Shown piece by piece: positions 9,577-19,579 of a stretch of DNA of 64,000 bases. The stretch spans positions 1,312,001 through 1,376,000 of the forward strand of contig CAXXQS010000002.1 of assembly GCA_963674735.2 (NCBI GenBank), written 5' to 3'. Under the pieces are notes generated by a model that made no database searches, was not told the DNA's origin, and worked only from the letters and a program-made list of their open reading frames with translations. The stretch is from Myxococcota bacterium (GTDB taxonomy: Bacteria > Myxococcota_A > SURF-8). Positions within the stretch are counted from its first letter, which is position 1. Every line of letters begins with the position of its first letter. A program made the translations under genes and the position numbers.

Positions 9577-11643
9577 ATGATGGATCAGTTGGTTATGGGA
9601 AAAATAAGTACGTGGCTGTTTTTTGCAACGCTGATTGTGGGGCTGGGTATTTTTCTCTACGTTTTCTATTACCGACTTCAGATCCTCGCTCTTGGCCGGG
9701 CCGATAATCGTTTCGACCAGCTTCCCCGACGTATCGGTTTCGCCATCAAAAATGCTTTTTTGCAGTACCGCATGCCGCAGGAGCTGTCGGCGGGTATCTT
9801 GCATATCATGATCTTCGCCGGTTTCATGACCTTGTCCCTGCGGACGCTCATCATCTTCGGACAGGGGTTCGGCGGCGCGGAATTTTCGTTGTACGCGCTC
9901 CCGGTGGTGGGGTATTACCTCGGTCCGCTGTATGCCATCGCCAAGGAACTGGTGGTGATCGGAGTGCTGATCGGTTGTGTGGGTTTCGCCTGGCGGCGAT
10001 TGATTTCCAAACCGGTGCGTATGCAGGACATTCCCCAGGCGGAACCGGTGGTCATCCTCTGCTGGATCGGTGGATTGATGGTGGCCGATATTCTGCTCGA
10101 AGCGGGCTTGCATGGGGCGGGTTTCCATGAAAACGGCTTCATGACGGTTCCCTCTCTGGGTTGGATTTTCGCTCCTTTGTTCAACGCCCAGTCGGGGCCG
10201 GTTATGTGGGAAGTGGCGGTGTGGGTGCATTCCGTCATGATCCTGATCTTTCTCAACTATTTACCTTTCGGTAAGCATTTTCATATCATTACAGCCATTC
10301 CCAACGTGTTTTTCGCCCGTCTGGATGAACGCGGGCGTTTACGTCCGATCGAGGATCTTGAAGGCAAGTTCGAAGAGATGGAGACCAACGAGGACGTGGC
10401 TATCGGCGTCAAGAATGTCGAACAGTACACCTGGAAGGAAATCCTCGACCTCTACACCTGTACGGAGTGCGGCCGCTGCATGCCCCAGTGTCCCGCGTGG
10501 TCGACCGACAAACCGCTGTCGCTCAAGCGTGTCAACAAGGAATCCAAGCATCATCTTTATGAGCGGGTGCCGTACCTGTTGGGCAAAAAGGCGGGTCCGG
10601 ACGGCAAAGCCACCGAATACGAAGGACCGATTACGGCCGGTGGTGCGATTTCAGCCGAGACGATCTGGGCCTGTACGCTTTGTGGCGATTGCGAAGAGCG
10701 CTGTCCGGTGTTCATCGAGCAGGTTCCGCGCATTGTCGAAATGCGTCGCCACCTGGTGATGATGGAAGGCGATATGCCGCAGGAGCTGAACAACACCTTC
10801 CGTGGTTTCGAGCGTAATTCCAACCCCTGGGGATTGGGTTACGATAAACGCGGCGACTGGATCACCGAAGATCTGGGAATCAAAACCCTGGCCGAAGATG
10901 CGGATGTGGAATACCTGTTCTATGTCGGTTGCATGGGCAGCTTCGACGACCGCTCCACGCGCGTTACCAAGGCGCTGTGCAAAATCCTGAATGCGGCGGG
11001 AGTGAGCTTCGGCGTTTTGGGGATGGAAGAACAGTGTTGCGGCGAGACCGCCCGGCGACTGGGTAACGAATTTCTGGGCCAGATGATGGTGCAGGCCAAC
11101 GTCGAGGTGCTCAAGGGTTACAACGTCAAGAAAGTCATCGCGTTTTGCCCGCACTGCTTCAATACCCTCAAAAACGAATACAAAGACTTCGACATGGAAT
11201 TCGATGAAGTCTGGCATGCGTCCGAATTTGTGTTGAATCTGCTCAAGGACGGTCGCATCAAGGTGACGCCGGAAGGCTTGGGCGAAGTGGGTTACCACGA
11301 TTCCTGTTTCCTCGGCCGTTACAACCAGATTTACGCGCAGCCCCGTGAATTGCTCGAAGCGGCGGGCGCGACGGTTCGCAATCCGTCTTTATCGCATGCG
11401 CAGTCCTATTGCTGCGGCGCGGGTGGCGGGCGTATGTGGATGGAAGAGGAAAAACCGCGTGTCAACGACAAACGGTTTGCGGAACTGTATGAAACCACCG
11501 GCGAACCCGGCCTGCTGGGCGTGTCGTGTCCCTATTGTCTGACGATGATCACCGATGGCAGCAAGAATGCCGACAAAGAGGAAGACGTCAAAGTCAAGGA
11601 CGTCATCGAGTTGATTGCGGATCATCTGGCAGTGGAAGCGTAA
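9577..11643 (+). CDS. Membrane Fe-S oxidoreductase, FadF/HdrD-like (cytochrome b-type TM region, two 4Fe-4S motifs, two CCG domains)
   Basis: CTECGRCMPQCP and CTLCGDCEERCP ferredoxin motifs; EQCCG, CPHC, YHDSC, CCGAGGG, CPYC motifs; N-terminal TM helices with conserved His. Confidence 0.9.
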   Translation: MMDQLVMGKISTWLFFATLIVGLGIFLYVFYYRLQILALGRADNRFDQLPRRIGFAIKNAFLQYRMPQELSAGILHIMIFAGFMTLSLRTLIIFGQGFGGAEFSLYALPVVGYYLGPLYAIAKELVVIGVLIGCVGFAWRRLISKPVRMQDIPQAEPVVILCWIGGLMVADILLEAGLHGAGFHENGFMTVPSLGWIFAPLFNAQSGPVMWEVAVWVHSVMILIFLNYLPFGKHFHIITAIPNVFFARLDERGRLRPIEDLEGKFEEMETNEDVAIGVKNVEQYTWKEILDLYTCTECGRCMPQCPAWSTDKPLSLKRVNKESKHHLYERVPYLLGKKAGPDGKATEYEGPITAGGAISAETIWACTLCGDCEERCPVFIEQVPRIVEMRRHLVMMEGDMPQELNNTFRGFERNSNPWGLGYDKRGDWITEDLGIKTLAEDADVEYLFYVGCMGSFDDRSTRVTKALCKILNAAGVSFGVLGMEEQCCGETARRLGNEFLGQMMVQANVEVLKGYNVKKVIAFCPHCFNTLKNEYKDFDMEFDEVWHASEFVLNLLKDGRIKVTPEGLGEVGYHDSCFLGRYNQIYAQPRELLEAAGATVRNPSLSHAQSYCCGAGGGRMWMEEEKPRVNDKRFAELYETTGEPGLLGVSCPYCLTMITDGSKNADKEEDVKVKDVIELIADHLAVEA

Positions 11644-11775
11644 TTAGCGATCGGATTCCGATTCGGCGCTCGGTGTCGATTTCCGGGACATCGAGCAGAA
11701 GAATTGTATTTTATCCTCGAATCCGGCTGAAAGTCAGGCTGCGACCCGTCAATCGTATTTCAGGTTGGGTGATGC

Positions 11776-11804
11776 TTGACATCCTGGCCGGTTCGGAGTA
11801 TGCA
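11776..11804 (+). promoter_or_regulatory. Sigma70-type promoter for the 11848-14724 cluster
   Basis: TTGACA-17 bp-TATGCA. Confidence 0.5.
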
Positions 11805-11847
11805 TGGGGTCTTTTTCTTAGCGATCCTGTGACCAAGGAGGTTAGTC

Positions 11848-12117
11848 GTGGCCACCCAGAAAGAAATCGACATCAAGCTCTTTGACGTACGGGCCGTCGA
11901 CCGTAATATCGACAAGGGCCACCTGAGCGCAGAAGATCTGCAAAAACACCTCGATGCGTTGCCCGATGCTGCCGATAAGGCAGCGGAAATGGACGTCGAT
12001 CAGTACGATGAGATCGCCGAGCGCGAAGAGAGACGTCGTCAGCGAGAAGAAACCGAACCCAAAGCGACCGGCCTGAAAAAGACCGTGGAGGAGGATGACG
12101 CCGACGAGAAGGAATAG
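11848..12117 (+). CDS. Small acidic conserved-type hypothetical protein
   Basis: AAGGAGG RBS; LFDVRAVDRNIDKG...HLDALPD core, charged tail. Confidence 0.75.
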   Translation: MATQKEIDIKLFDVRAVDRNIDKGHLSAEDLQKHLDALPDAADKAAEMDVDQYDEIAEREERRRQREETEPKATGLKKTVEEDDADEKE

Positions 12118-13915
12118 GCCCGCCTGTTTGCGGTTTGTCGTCGATTCTGGCTGGCGGATGCTGTGGCTGATCGTCTTGTCTTTGTCGACCGTCCTGGGGT
12201 GTGCTCACCGGCCGCTTGATCTTTCCGCACCCGAGGTTCCAAACCGCCTGATCCAAAACCAACCGAAACCGATGCCCGAGACGCCCGCTGCGGCGGCCTA
12301 CGGGCATTTTTTACGCGCCCAGAAATTGGAGCAGGAGCAACGCTATGGCGAAGCGGTCGAGCAACTGCGCCTGGCTTTGGCTTTCGATCCCCAATCCGCC
12401 GATCTGCACTATCACCTGGGTCGTCTTCTGTTAGGAGAACGGCAAACCGGTGAAGGGGTGAAGGAACTGACCGAGGCTTCCCGCCTGAACCCGGACTGGT
12501 ACAAACCCTCGGTGTTGTTGGGTGAAGTCGCTTTTTTCTCGAATCGTCTCGATGACGCCGTTCGCTTATTCGAACGGGTTTTGGCCCTCAAGCCCGACCA
12601 CGAAGGAGCTCTGCGACGGCTTGGAGAAATCGCGTATCTGACGCGGGGACTTGTCGGACAAAAAGCGTTTTTCGAGACGATGGCGGTTCGCTATCCCAGG
12701 CAGGTTTATATTTTCGAAGCCTTGGCGCGCATCTACCAATTTACCCAGGATTATCCGCAGCTTGAAGCCGCGCTGGAGCGTGTGTTGGAGTTGGACCCCG
12801 ACAACACGCAGGCTATCGAACGCTTGTCCGACTGGTACAACCGTACCCGACGTTATAAGGACGCTATCGCGCTGTTTACGCGGCTCAAGATGTTGCTGCC
12901 GCCCAATCCGCTGATCCCTTTGAAACTGGGACGGTTTTACCTGCATGCCGGAAATATGGAAGAGGCGCGCAACGCTTTCGCAGAAGCCACCGCCTTTGAT
13001 TTGAACAACGACAACATGGCGATGGCGGCCGCTTTGGCATTCTTTGAGGCGGGAAAACTGCCGGAGGCGGAGACGGAACTACAGAGAATCGTCGATCATA
13101 GCGGGGATGGGGCGGCTCGCTATTTTCTCGGTTTGGTGCGTATGGATCGGAAGCGCTACTGGGCCGCGATCAAGACCTTTGGAGAGATTCCACGTTGCGA
13201 GGAGCGGTATTATCTGTCCGCCCAGGTAGAAGTTGCGCGTTGTTACTGGCATCTCAAACGAAAATCCAAGGCGGATCGGCGGGTTCGCCGTTTGATGGAA
13301 GAACATGCCGACAAACCTGATTTCGTCCGCACCGCCGCCGCTTTTTTTCAGGAAACCGAACGCGCCGATGAAGCGGTTGCCGTGCTTGATGTCGGACTGG
13401 AAAAATCGCCCAATCACACCGACTTGCTTTACACCCGAGGACTGGTTTTGGAAGCGATGGGGCGTAAGACGGAAGCCCGGCGCACGATGCGTTTGCTTTT
13501 GGATGTCGACAAGGACCATGCCGATGCACTTAACTTCATCGGCTATTCGCTGGTCGAAGAAGGCATCGAGCTTCAACGCGCCGAGCAAATGATTCGCGCG
13601 GCAATGCGTCTCAAGCCCGAAGAGGGCTATATTCTCGATAGCTTGGGCTGGTTGTACTATCGGCGAGGCGAATTTGACGAAGCGGTGCGTTGGCTTTCGC
13701 TGGCAACCATGATCGAGCCGCAGGAACCCGAGATTCTTTTGCATCTCGCCTTGGCGTTGAAGCAGACGAAGAACACGGAGCGTCTCCAGGTCATCTTGCG
13801 CCAAGCGGCCGGGTTGGCTCTGTTTCCGACCGAATTGACCGACCGTTACACGGCTGCTTTTCCCGAGCTCTGGCCGCCCCTGCGCCGCAAATGGGCTCCC
13901 AAGGAAAAACCATGA
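12095..13915 (+). CDS. TPR-repeat lipoprotein
   Basis: Lipobox VLGC; many TPRs; C-terminal ALNFIGYSL...YILDSLGWLYYRRG motif typical of TPR proteins encoded next to lolB. Confidence 0.88.
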   Translation: MTPTRRNRPACLRFVVDSGWRMLWLIVLSLSTVLGCAHRPLDLSAPEVPNRLIQNQPKPMPETPAAAAYGHFLRAQKLEQEQRYGEAVEQLRLALAFDPQSADLHYHLGRLLLGERQTGEGVKELTEASRLNPDWYKPSVLLGEVAFFSNRLDDAVRLFERVLALKPDHEGALRRLGEIAYLTRGLVGQKAFFETMAVRYPRQVYIFEALARIYQFTQDYPQLEAALERVLELDPDNTQAIERLSDWYNRTRRYKDAIALFTRLKMLLPPNPLIPLKLGRFYLHAGNMEEARNAFAEATAFDLNNDNMAMAAALAFFEAGKLPEAETELQRIVDHSGDGAARYFLGLVRMDRKRYWAAIKTFGEIPRCEERYYLSAQVEVARCYWHLKRKSKADRRVRRLMEEHADKPDFVRTAAAFFQETERADEAVAVLDVGLEKSPNHTDLLYTRGLVLEAMGRKTEARRTMRLLLDVDKDHADALNFIGYSLVEEGIELQRAEQMIRAAMRLKPEEGYILDSLGWLYYRRGEFDEAVRWLSLATMIEPQEPEILLHLALALKQTKNTERLQVILRQAAGLALFPTELTDRYTAAFPELWPPLRRKWAPKEKP

Positions 13916-14724
13916 ACGGCAATCGAACCCGACTGATGATTCTGGTGATCGTTTTAGGGCTTGTCGGTTGTCGAGCCACCGCCCCCGATCCGGCTGTTTC
14001 CCCTGCCGATGTGGCGGGCTGGTTGCAAAACATGGACAGCCTGGAGGCGGTCGTTCAGGCGGTGGAGGCCGAAGGCACCATGGAGATGACCACCCGCGAT
14101 GGACGTCACGAGCGGGTGCATGCCTACTGGGCGGTCGCGCGGCCCGACCGGGCGCTGTTCGAACTGACCGGGGGTCCGGTGGGATTGGTTGGAGCGGCCG
14201 CCCTCGATGGGCGACGGATGGTGGTTCTGGATATGACCAACAAGGTGGTTCGTGTGGGTAAGCCGACGCGTCGCACGGTCGAGGCGTTTGCCCATATCGA
14301 CATCGAACCCGCCGATCTGGTCGCCACTCTGTTGGGCATGCCGCGCCGTTTGCCCGAACCCGTGGGGCATCCTACATACGATTCCAACTTGCGGCGGTGG
14401 CGCATCGCTCGCCGCGATACGGAGAAGCAATTGTTGCAGGTGCTCTGGTTCGAGTCCGACGGCCGTCTGTACCGTCAGCGGCTGATCGATAAAAAGAACG
14501 ACGATCAACTGGAGGTCACTTTTCTCGGGTGGACGCAACAGGGGCCGGAAAAGCGCCCCTATCCGGGCTTTATCAAGCTAGTTCACCAGCGCACCGGCGC
14601 AAAATTGACTTTGAAGGTGAGCGGCTCGCCGCGCTTCAATCCCTCGTTGGCAGATGATTTCTTCTCGCTTTCCATCCCCGAATCGTTCCAGCGGATCGAT
14701 CTGCCGGATGCGCCTGCTGAGTAA
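13912..14724 (+). CDS. LolB/DUF4292-like lipoprotein
   Basis: ATGA overlap with TPR gene; lipobox LVGC; beta-strand pattern of the LolA/LolB fold. Confidence 0.6.
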   Translation: MNGNRTRLMILVIVLGLVGCRATAPDPAVSPADVAGWLQNMDSLEAVVQAVEAEGTMEMTTRDGRHERVHAYWAVARPDRALFELTGGPVGLVGAAALDGRRMVVLDMTNKVVRVGKPTRRTVEAFAHIDIEPADLVATLLGMPRRLPEPVGHPTYDSNLRRWRIARRDTEKQLLQVLWFESDGRLYRQRLIDKKNDDQLEVTFLGWTQQGPEKRPYPGFIKLVHQRTGAKLTLKVSGSPRFNPSLADDFFSLSIPESFQRIDLPDAPAE

Positions 14725-14809
14725 ATTGGGTGAGCCTCGGAATTAAGGTTTAATTACATCGCTAATATCAGTTAGTTATATTCTGTTTTGGCGAGGCAAG
14801 GTTTTTTTC

Positions 14810-14881
14810 TTGACAAATATATGAACGTGTTCATAATTGAACCGAGTCAAAGATGAATGCGTTCACATGTGAGCGTGCTCA
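14810..14881 (+). promoter_or_regulatory. Sigma70 promoter overlapped by four TGA-N6-TCA dyads (putative TetR operators)
   Basis: TTGACA 14810-15, CATAAT 14832-37; dyads start at 14822, 14838, 14854, 14870. Confidence 0.75.
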
Positions 14882-14908
14882 TTTGTCATGCTATACACGC
14901 TGAGGTAA

Positions 14909-15520
14909 ATGATGTCGCCGGTACGTGAGCAGAAAAAGGAAAAAACCCGTCAGCGTTTGATTCGGGCGGCCTGGGAGTTATTTTGTACGCAAGGGGTTGC
15001 GGAAACCACCGTGGCCCAGATTACCGAGCGAGCCATGGTCGGGACGGGTACGTTTTATAACTATTTCAAAACCAAGGTGCATGCCCTGTCGGCGCATCTG
15101 GACGAACGCATCCGGCAGGCGATCGGCAACTACCATGCCCATCCGCAGCCGGAAGACCCCATCGACGCCATCGAAGACGTTTTCCGCCATGTTTTCGAGG
15201 TGGTCGAGGCGGAGAAACGTCTGTTGCGTGAGGCCATGGCCTACTTTTTCAAGCGTGACCAGTCGTTCGACGAAGAATTCGAGAAAGCCGATCTGCTGAT
15301 CATGCGTTTGATCGCCGACGTGATCGAAAACGCCCAAGCGCAGAATCGCATGAATCCCGATATGGACCCCATGGTGGCGGCCATGACCGTCTATTCCGTT
15401 TACATGTTTGGTTGGATGGCCTATTTGATGGATTACTATCCGGATGTGGAGACGACCCTGGCGGCCAATCGCGGCTTGTTGATGACCTTGTATCATGGAT
15501 TGAAAGGAGGCGTTCAATGA
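14909..15520 (+). CDS. TetR/AcrR family transcriptional regulator
   Basis: TRQRLIRAAWELF...G...TTVAQIT...VGTGTFYNYFKTK HTH. Confidence 0.93.
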   Translation: MMSPVREQKKEKTRQRLIRAAWELFCTQGVAETTVAQITERAMVGTGTFYNYFKTKVHALSAHLDERIRQAIGNYHAHPQPEDPIDAIEDVFRHVFEVVEAEKRLLREAMAYFFKRDQSFDEEFEKADLLIMRLIADVIENAQAQNRMNPDMDPMVAAMTVYSVYMFGWMAYLMDYYPDVETTLAANRGLLMTLYHGLKGGVQ

Positions 15521-16362
15521 TCGGTGAACGGAAACAGCTTATCTTTTCGGTCATGTTATGTCTGTTAATGTGGGGGGCGATGGGAGTATTCTCGGCTTCT
15601 TCCGTTCAGGCGCAATCGGCGGCAAGTGAAGCGACCAAGCCGGCTGCGGTCAAGGCCGATGACTCGTCGGCTCAACCGCCGTTGGATGTTCAGGACATTC
15701 TCGACAAAGTGGATGACCTGTGGCGCGGTCAATCGTCGAAAAGCATCGTGACCATGCAGGTGAAAACGCGCCATTGGGAGCGCAGCCTGACGATGGAAGT
15801 GGTTACCCAGGGAACCGAACGAACCCTGGTGAAGGTGCTGAAACCGTTGAAGGAAAAAGGCACTGCCACGCTCAAGGTCGACAAGGATATTTACAATTAT
15901 CTGCCCAAAACCGATCGCACCATCAAACTGACGGCCGCGATGATGATGGGGGCTTGGATGGGATCGCATTTCACCAACGACGACTTGGTGAAAGAGTCGC
16001 GTATGAGCGAAGACTACGATGCCAAGCTGGGCTTTTTCGGTGAGCGTGCCGGTCAGCGGGTGGTGGAAATCGTGCTGACGCCCAAGCCGGAGGCGGCGGT
16101 TGTGTGGGGGAAGGTCGTGTTGGTCGTGCGCAACGAAAGCTGGCTGCCCGTTTCACAAACGTATTTCGATGAAGAGGGTGAAAAGGTGCGTGTGATGACC
16201 TTTTCCGACGAAAAAACCGTGTCAGGTCGTCTGTTGCCCATGCGCATGCGCATGACACCGCTTGACAAACCCGAAGAGTTTACCGAATTGATCTACGAAA
16301 ACCTGTCCTTCGATGTGAAGCTCAAGGCCGGGTTCTTTTCGCTGAATCAATTACGGCGCTGA
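15517..16362 (+). CDS. Outer-membrane lipoprotein-sorting (LolA-like) protein
   Basis: AGGAGG RBS; signal peptide; WMGSHFTNDDL motif; ends FFSLNQLRR. Confidence 0.85.
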   Translation: MIGERKQLIFSVMLCLLMWGAMGVFSASSVQAQSAASEATKPAAVKADDSSAQPPLDVQDILDKVDDLWRGQSSKSIVTMQVKTRHWERSLTMEVVTQGTERTLVKVLKPLKEKGTATLKVDKDIYNYLPKTDRTIKLTAAMMMGAWMGSHFTNDDLVKESRMSEDYDAKLGFFGERAGQRVVEIVLTPKPEAAVVWGKVVLVVRNESWLPVSQTYFDEEGEKVRVMTFSDEKTVSGRLLPMRMRMTPLDKPEEFTELIYENLSFDVKLKAGFFSLNQLRR

Positions 16363-16373
16363 AGGAGCCTGCC

Positions 16374-17591
16374 ATGTTGACGGTGCGAATGGCTGCCCGT
16401 AACCTGTTCCGGTCGCGACGGCGCTCCCTGGTCACGGTGGCCGCCATGGCTTTCGCCTTGGCGATCATGGTGGTTTACACGGGGATTATGGACGGCTTCA
16501 TGGGCAGCATGGTGCAAAATGCCACCATGCTCGATATGGGTCACCTGCAAATACATGCCCCCGGTTATCGGGCTTCGCCGTCGATTTACGAGCGGGTGCC
16601 CGAACCGGACAAGCTTTGTAAAAAAATCGAAGCGTTGGGTTATCATTGCAGTTATCGGTTGTTCGCCACGGCGTTGGCGGCCCACGGACAGGCGTCCAGC
16701 GGGGTCCAGATCCGCGGCGTCGATCCGTTGCTGGAAGCCCGGGCGCTTGAGTTGCCGAGCCACGTTGCACAGGGTAAGTGGCTGACGGAGGACGATCCCA
16801 AAGGGGTGATTATCGGAAAGGCGCTGGCGCGCGCTTTGGATGTCCGGTTGAGCTCCGAAATCGTCCTGGTTTCGCAGGCCGCCGATGGCTCGATGGCTAA
16901 CGATCTTTACTATGTACGCGGTATCCTGAAAACCGTCAGTACCCAGATCGATACGGGCGGCTTGCTTATGACGGCCCGTTCTTTCCGTGAACTGATGGTG
17001 ATGGAAAGCGGAGCGCACGAGGTGGCGGTCACCTTGCCGAAGAACACGCCGCTGGATCCGGCCGTCGCTGCCGTGGCGGCTCTGGCGCCCGGCTTGGAAA
17101 CCTTGGGCTGGAACAAGCTCAACCCGGCCATGGCCGAGTTGATCGCCGTCAACGATGCGTTCTTGCTGCCCATGATCGTCATTACGTATATCGCGATCGC
17201 GATCATCATCCTCAATGCCATGCTGATGGTGGTATTCGAACGGGTGAAGGAATATGGTTTGATGAAAGCGCTGGGCATGACGCCCTGGGGCGTGTTTCGT
17301 CTGGTCATGGCCGAGACGGCCGTGTTGTCGGTGGCGGCGGCGGCATTGGGCTTGGGAGGCGGCTTGCCCTTGGCATCCTATCTGGAGTCCCATGGGCTCA
17401 ACCTCAGCTCCTTCAGTGAGAGCATCAACATTTCGGGGGTGGCGATGAGTTCGCTGGTGTACGCCAAAGTCACCACGCGTTCGGTGCTGCTGCCGCTTGT
17501 TACGTTGCTGGTCCTCGTTTTGTTGGCCACGCTTTATCCTGCAATCAAGGCATCGCGACTCAATCCGATCGATGCCATGCGACATCAATAA
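16374..17591 (+). CDS. ABC transporter permease, FtsX/MacB/LolC-E family
   Basis: ARNLFRSRRRSL start; MVVFERVKEYGLMKALGM; YPAIKASRLNPIDAMR. Confidence 0.92.
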   Translation: MLTVRMAARNLFRSRRRSLVTVAAMAFALAIMVVYTGIMDGFMGSMVQNATMLDMGHLQIHAPGYRASPSIYERVPEPDKLCKKIEALGYHCSYRLFATALAAHGQASSGVQIRGVDPLLEARALELPSHVAQGKWLTEDDPKGVIIGKALARALDVRLSSEIVLVSQAADGSMANDLYYVRGILKTVSTQIDTGGLLMTARSFRELMVMESGAHEVAVTLPKNTPLDPAVAAVAALAPGLETLGWNKLNPAMAELIAVNDAFLLPMIVITYIAIAIIILNAMLMVVFERVKEYGLMKALGMTPWGVFRLVMAETAVLSVAAAALGLGGGLPLASYLESHGLNLSSFSESINISGVAMSSLVYAKVTTRSVLLPLVTLLVLVLLATLYPAIKASRLNPIDAMRHQ

Positions 17592-17601
17592 GGAGGCGCA
17601 C

Positions 17602-18834
17602 ATGCTGTGGCGACTTGCCTGGCGCAACCTGTGGCGCTCTCGGCGTCGAACCCTGATCACGCTGGCGTCGATCATGTTCGGGTTGCTTTTATCCATTACG
17701 TTTACCAGCATGTCCGACGGTTCGTATTCCAAGCTGATCGACTCGGCCGCCCGTGCGGGGCTGGGGCATGTCACCTTGCAGCCGCAGGGTTTTCGCGATC
17801 GGCCGGGAAACAATCTGTATTTGAAGGAAATCAACTCGCTGGTTGAAGCGGTACGCGCCGATGAAGACGTGGAGACCGCCCAGGTGCGTGTCTTCGGTCA
17901 GGCCATGGTGGCCACCGCCGCCGATACCGCCGGGGTAGCCTTTGCCGCCATCGATCCGCAGGCGGAGGGCGAGAGCTTCAATCTCTTCGACCACATCAAG
18001 GAGGGGCGGGCGGTTCAATCCATGGTGAAGGGTGAAGCGGTTATCGGGCGGAGATTGGCCGAAACACTCGAACTGAAACTTGGCAGCAAGCTGGTGCTTA
18101 CCACTACGGACAAAGACGGGGAAGTGGTGTCCGGCCTGTTGCGGGTGCGCGGCATTTTCGAAACCGGAATCGACGAAGCCGATCGCTACCAGATCGCCGT
18201 TCCGCTGGGCTGGGCGCGTAATCTGATCGGTTTCAGCGACGACGAGGCGACCTTGATCGCCGTGACCGTTCACGATCAACGCCGCGCCGAACGGATTGCC
18301 GCGCGACTGGGCGCTTTATCTGGTCCCCATAGCGGAGAGGGGCTGCCCTGGTTCAAGGTCATGCCCGACTTCGCCGGGATGATTGCCATCGACAATGCCA
18401 GCAATTACCTGTTCCAGATGATCATCATGTTGCTGGTGGCGGCGGGTATTTTCAACACGGTGTTGATGAGCGTCATGGAGCGCATGCGCGAAATGGGCGT
18501 GATGATGGCGGTGGGCATGACCGCCCGGCGCTTGTTCTGGATGGTGACCATCGAAACCTTCTGGCTGGCCGTGGTCGGTATCCTGGCCGGATTGTTGGTG
18601 TCGGCACCGGTTTATTACTATATGGCGACGGTCGGACTCGATTTCACCGAAACCTTGAAGGAGCAGCAGAACTTCGGCGGTGTGGCTTGGGATCCGATCA
18701 TGACCTCATCCCTTTACCCCGATCATCTGGCCATCATTCTGGTGGCGGTGTTCGCTCTCGTGATGCTGGCGGGTCTCTACCCGGCCGTCATCGCATCCAA
18801 AACGAAACCCCTGCGCGCTTTGCGCATGCAATAG
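17602..18834 (+). CDS. ABC transporter permease, FtsX/MacB/LolC-E family
   Basis: AAGGAGG RBS; LAWRNLWRSRRRT; MSVMERMREMGVMMAVGM. Confidence 0.92.
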   Translation: MLWRLAWRNLWRSRRRTLITLASIMFGLLLSITFTSMSDGSYSKLIDSAARAGLGHVTLQPQGFRDRPGNNLYLKEINSLVEAVRADEDVETAQVRVFGQAMVATAADTAGVAFAAIDPQAEGESFNLFDHIKEGRAVQSMVKGEAVIGRRLAETLELKLGSKLVLTTTDKDGEVVSGLLRVRGIFETGIDEADRYQIAVPLGWARNLIGFSDDEATLIAVTVHDQRRAERIAARLGALSGPHSGEGLPWFKVMPDFAGMIAIDNASNYLFQMIIMLLVAAGIFNTVLMSVMERMREMGVMMAVGMTARRLFWMVTIETFWLAVVGILAGLLVSAPVYYYMATVGLDFTETLKEQQNFGGVAWDPIMTSSLYPDHLAIILVAVFALVMLAGLYPAVIASKTKPLRALRMQ

Positions 18835-18846
18835 AGGAGGTGGAAC

Positions 18847-19545
18847 GTGACGACGTCCATCGTGGAACTCAAGGGAGTGGAAAAAACCTACAAAGACAAC
18901 GGTGTGGCCGTCCATGCCTTGCGCGGTCTCGATCTGATCGTCAAACCGGGGGAGTTTACCGCCATCTGCGGCCCCTCCGGATCGGGTAAGACCACCGCCC
19001 TCAATCTGATTGGGGCGCTCGATACGCCCAGCGCCGGAACGGTGACGGTGGAAGGCCGGGATTTGTCGAGCATGCGTGGACATGAGTTGTCCAAAATGCG
19101 CTTGATGCGTCTGGGTTTCATCTTTCAAGCCTACAACCTCATTCCGGTGCTAACCGCGATGGAGAACGCCGAGTTCGTGTTGATGCTGCGGGGGGTGCCG
19201 GAGAGCGAGCGGCACGAGAAAGTGCGCGCCATCATGAAAGATGTGGGGATGGAAGACTTGATGGACCGGCGTCCGAACCAGCTCTCGGGCGGACAGCAAC
19301 AGCGAGTGGCTATCGCCCGCGCCGTGGTGACCGAACCGGCCTTGGTTCTGGCCGACGAACCCACCGCCAACGTGGATTCGAAAACGGCGGAAGCCTTGCT
19401 GGATCTGATGCACAAACTCAACCGTGAACGGAACGTCACCTTCCTGTTTTCCACCCACGATCCGCGCGTCATGGAGCGCGCCGACAGGCTCGTCACCTTG
19501 CAGGACGGCCAGGTGATCGCCGACGAGGTACGTCGGTCCGCTTGA
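18847..19545 (+). CDS. ABC transporter ATP-binding protein (LolD/MacB-like)
   Basis: Walker [26 protein letters not shown]. Confidence 0.95.
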   Translation: MTTSIVELKGVEKTYKDNGVAVHALRGLDLIVKPGEFTAICGPSGSGKTTALNLIGALDTPSAGTVTVEGRDLSSMRGHELSKMRLMRLGFIFQAYNLIPVLTAMENAEFVLMLRGVPESERHEKVRAIMKDVGMEDLMDRRPNQLSGGQQQRVAIARAVVTEPALVLADEPTANVDSKTAEALLDLMHKLNRERNVTFLFSTHDPRVMERADRLVTLQDGQVIADEVRRSA

Positions 19546-19579
19546 TCGGATAGGGGGAAGAGGGTGACGATCGGTCGGA

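Noticed and set aside
14822-14881. Mini-CRISPR or iteron array
   Set aside because: Units are 12-bp dyads with 4-bp gaps over a promoter next to a TetR gene; operators are the simpler explanation
16374-19545. Naming the ABC genes lolC/lolE/lolD
   Set aside because: Family membership is clear, but orthology to the essential Lol system cannot be shown from motifs alone
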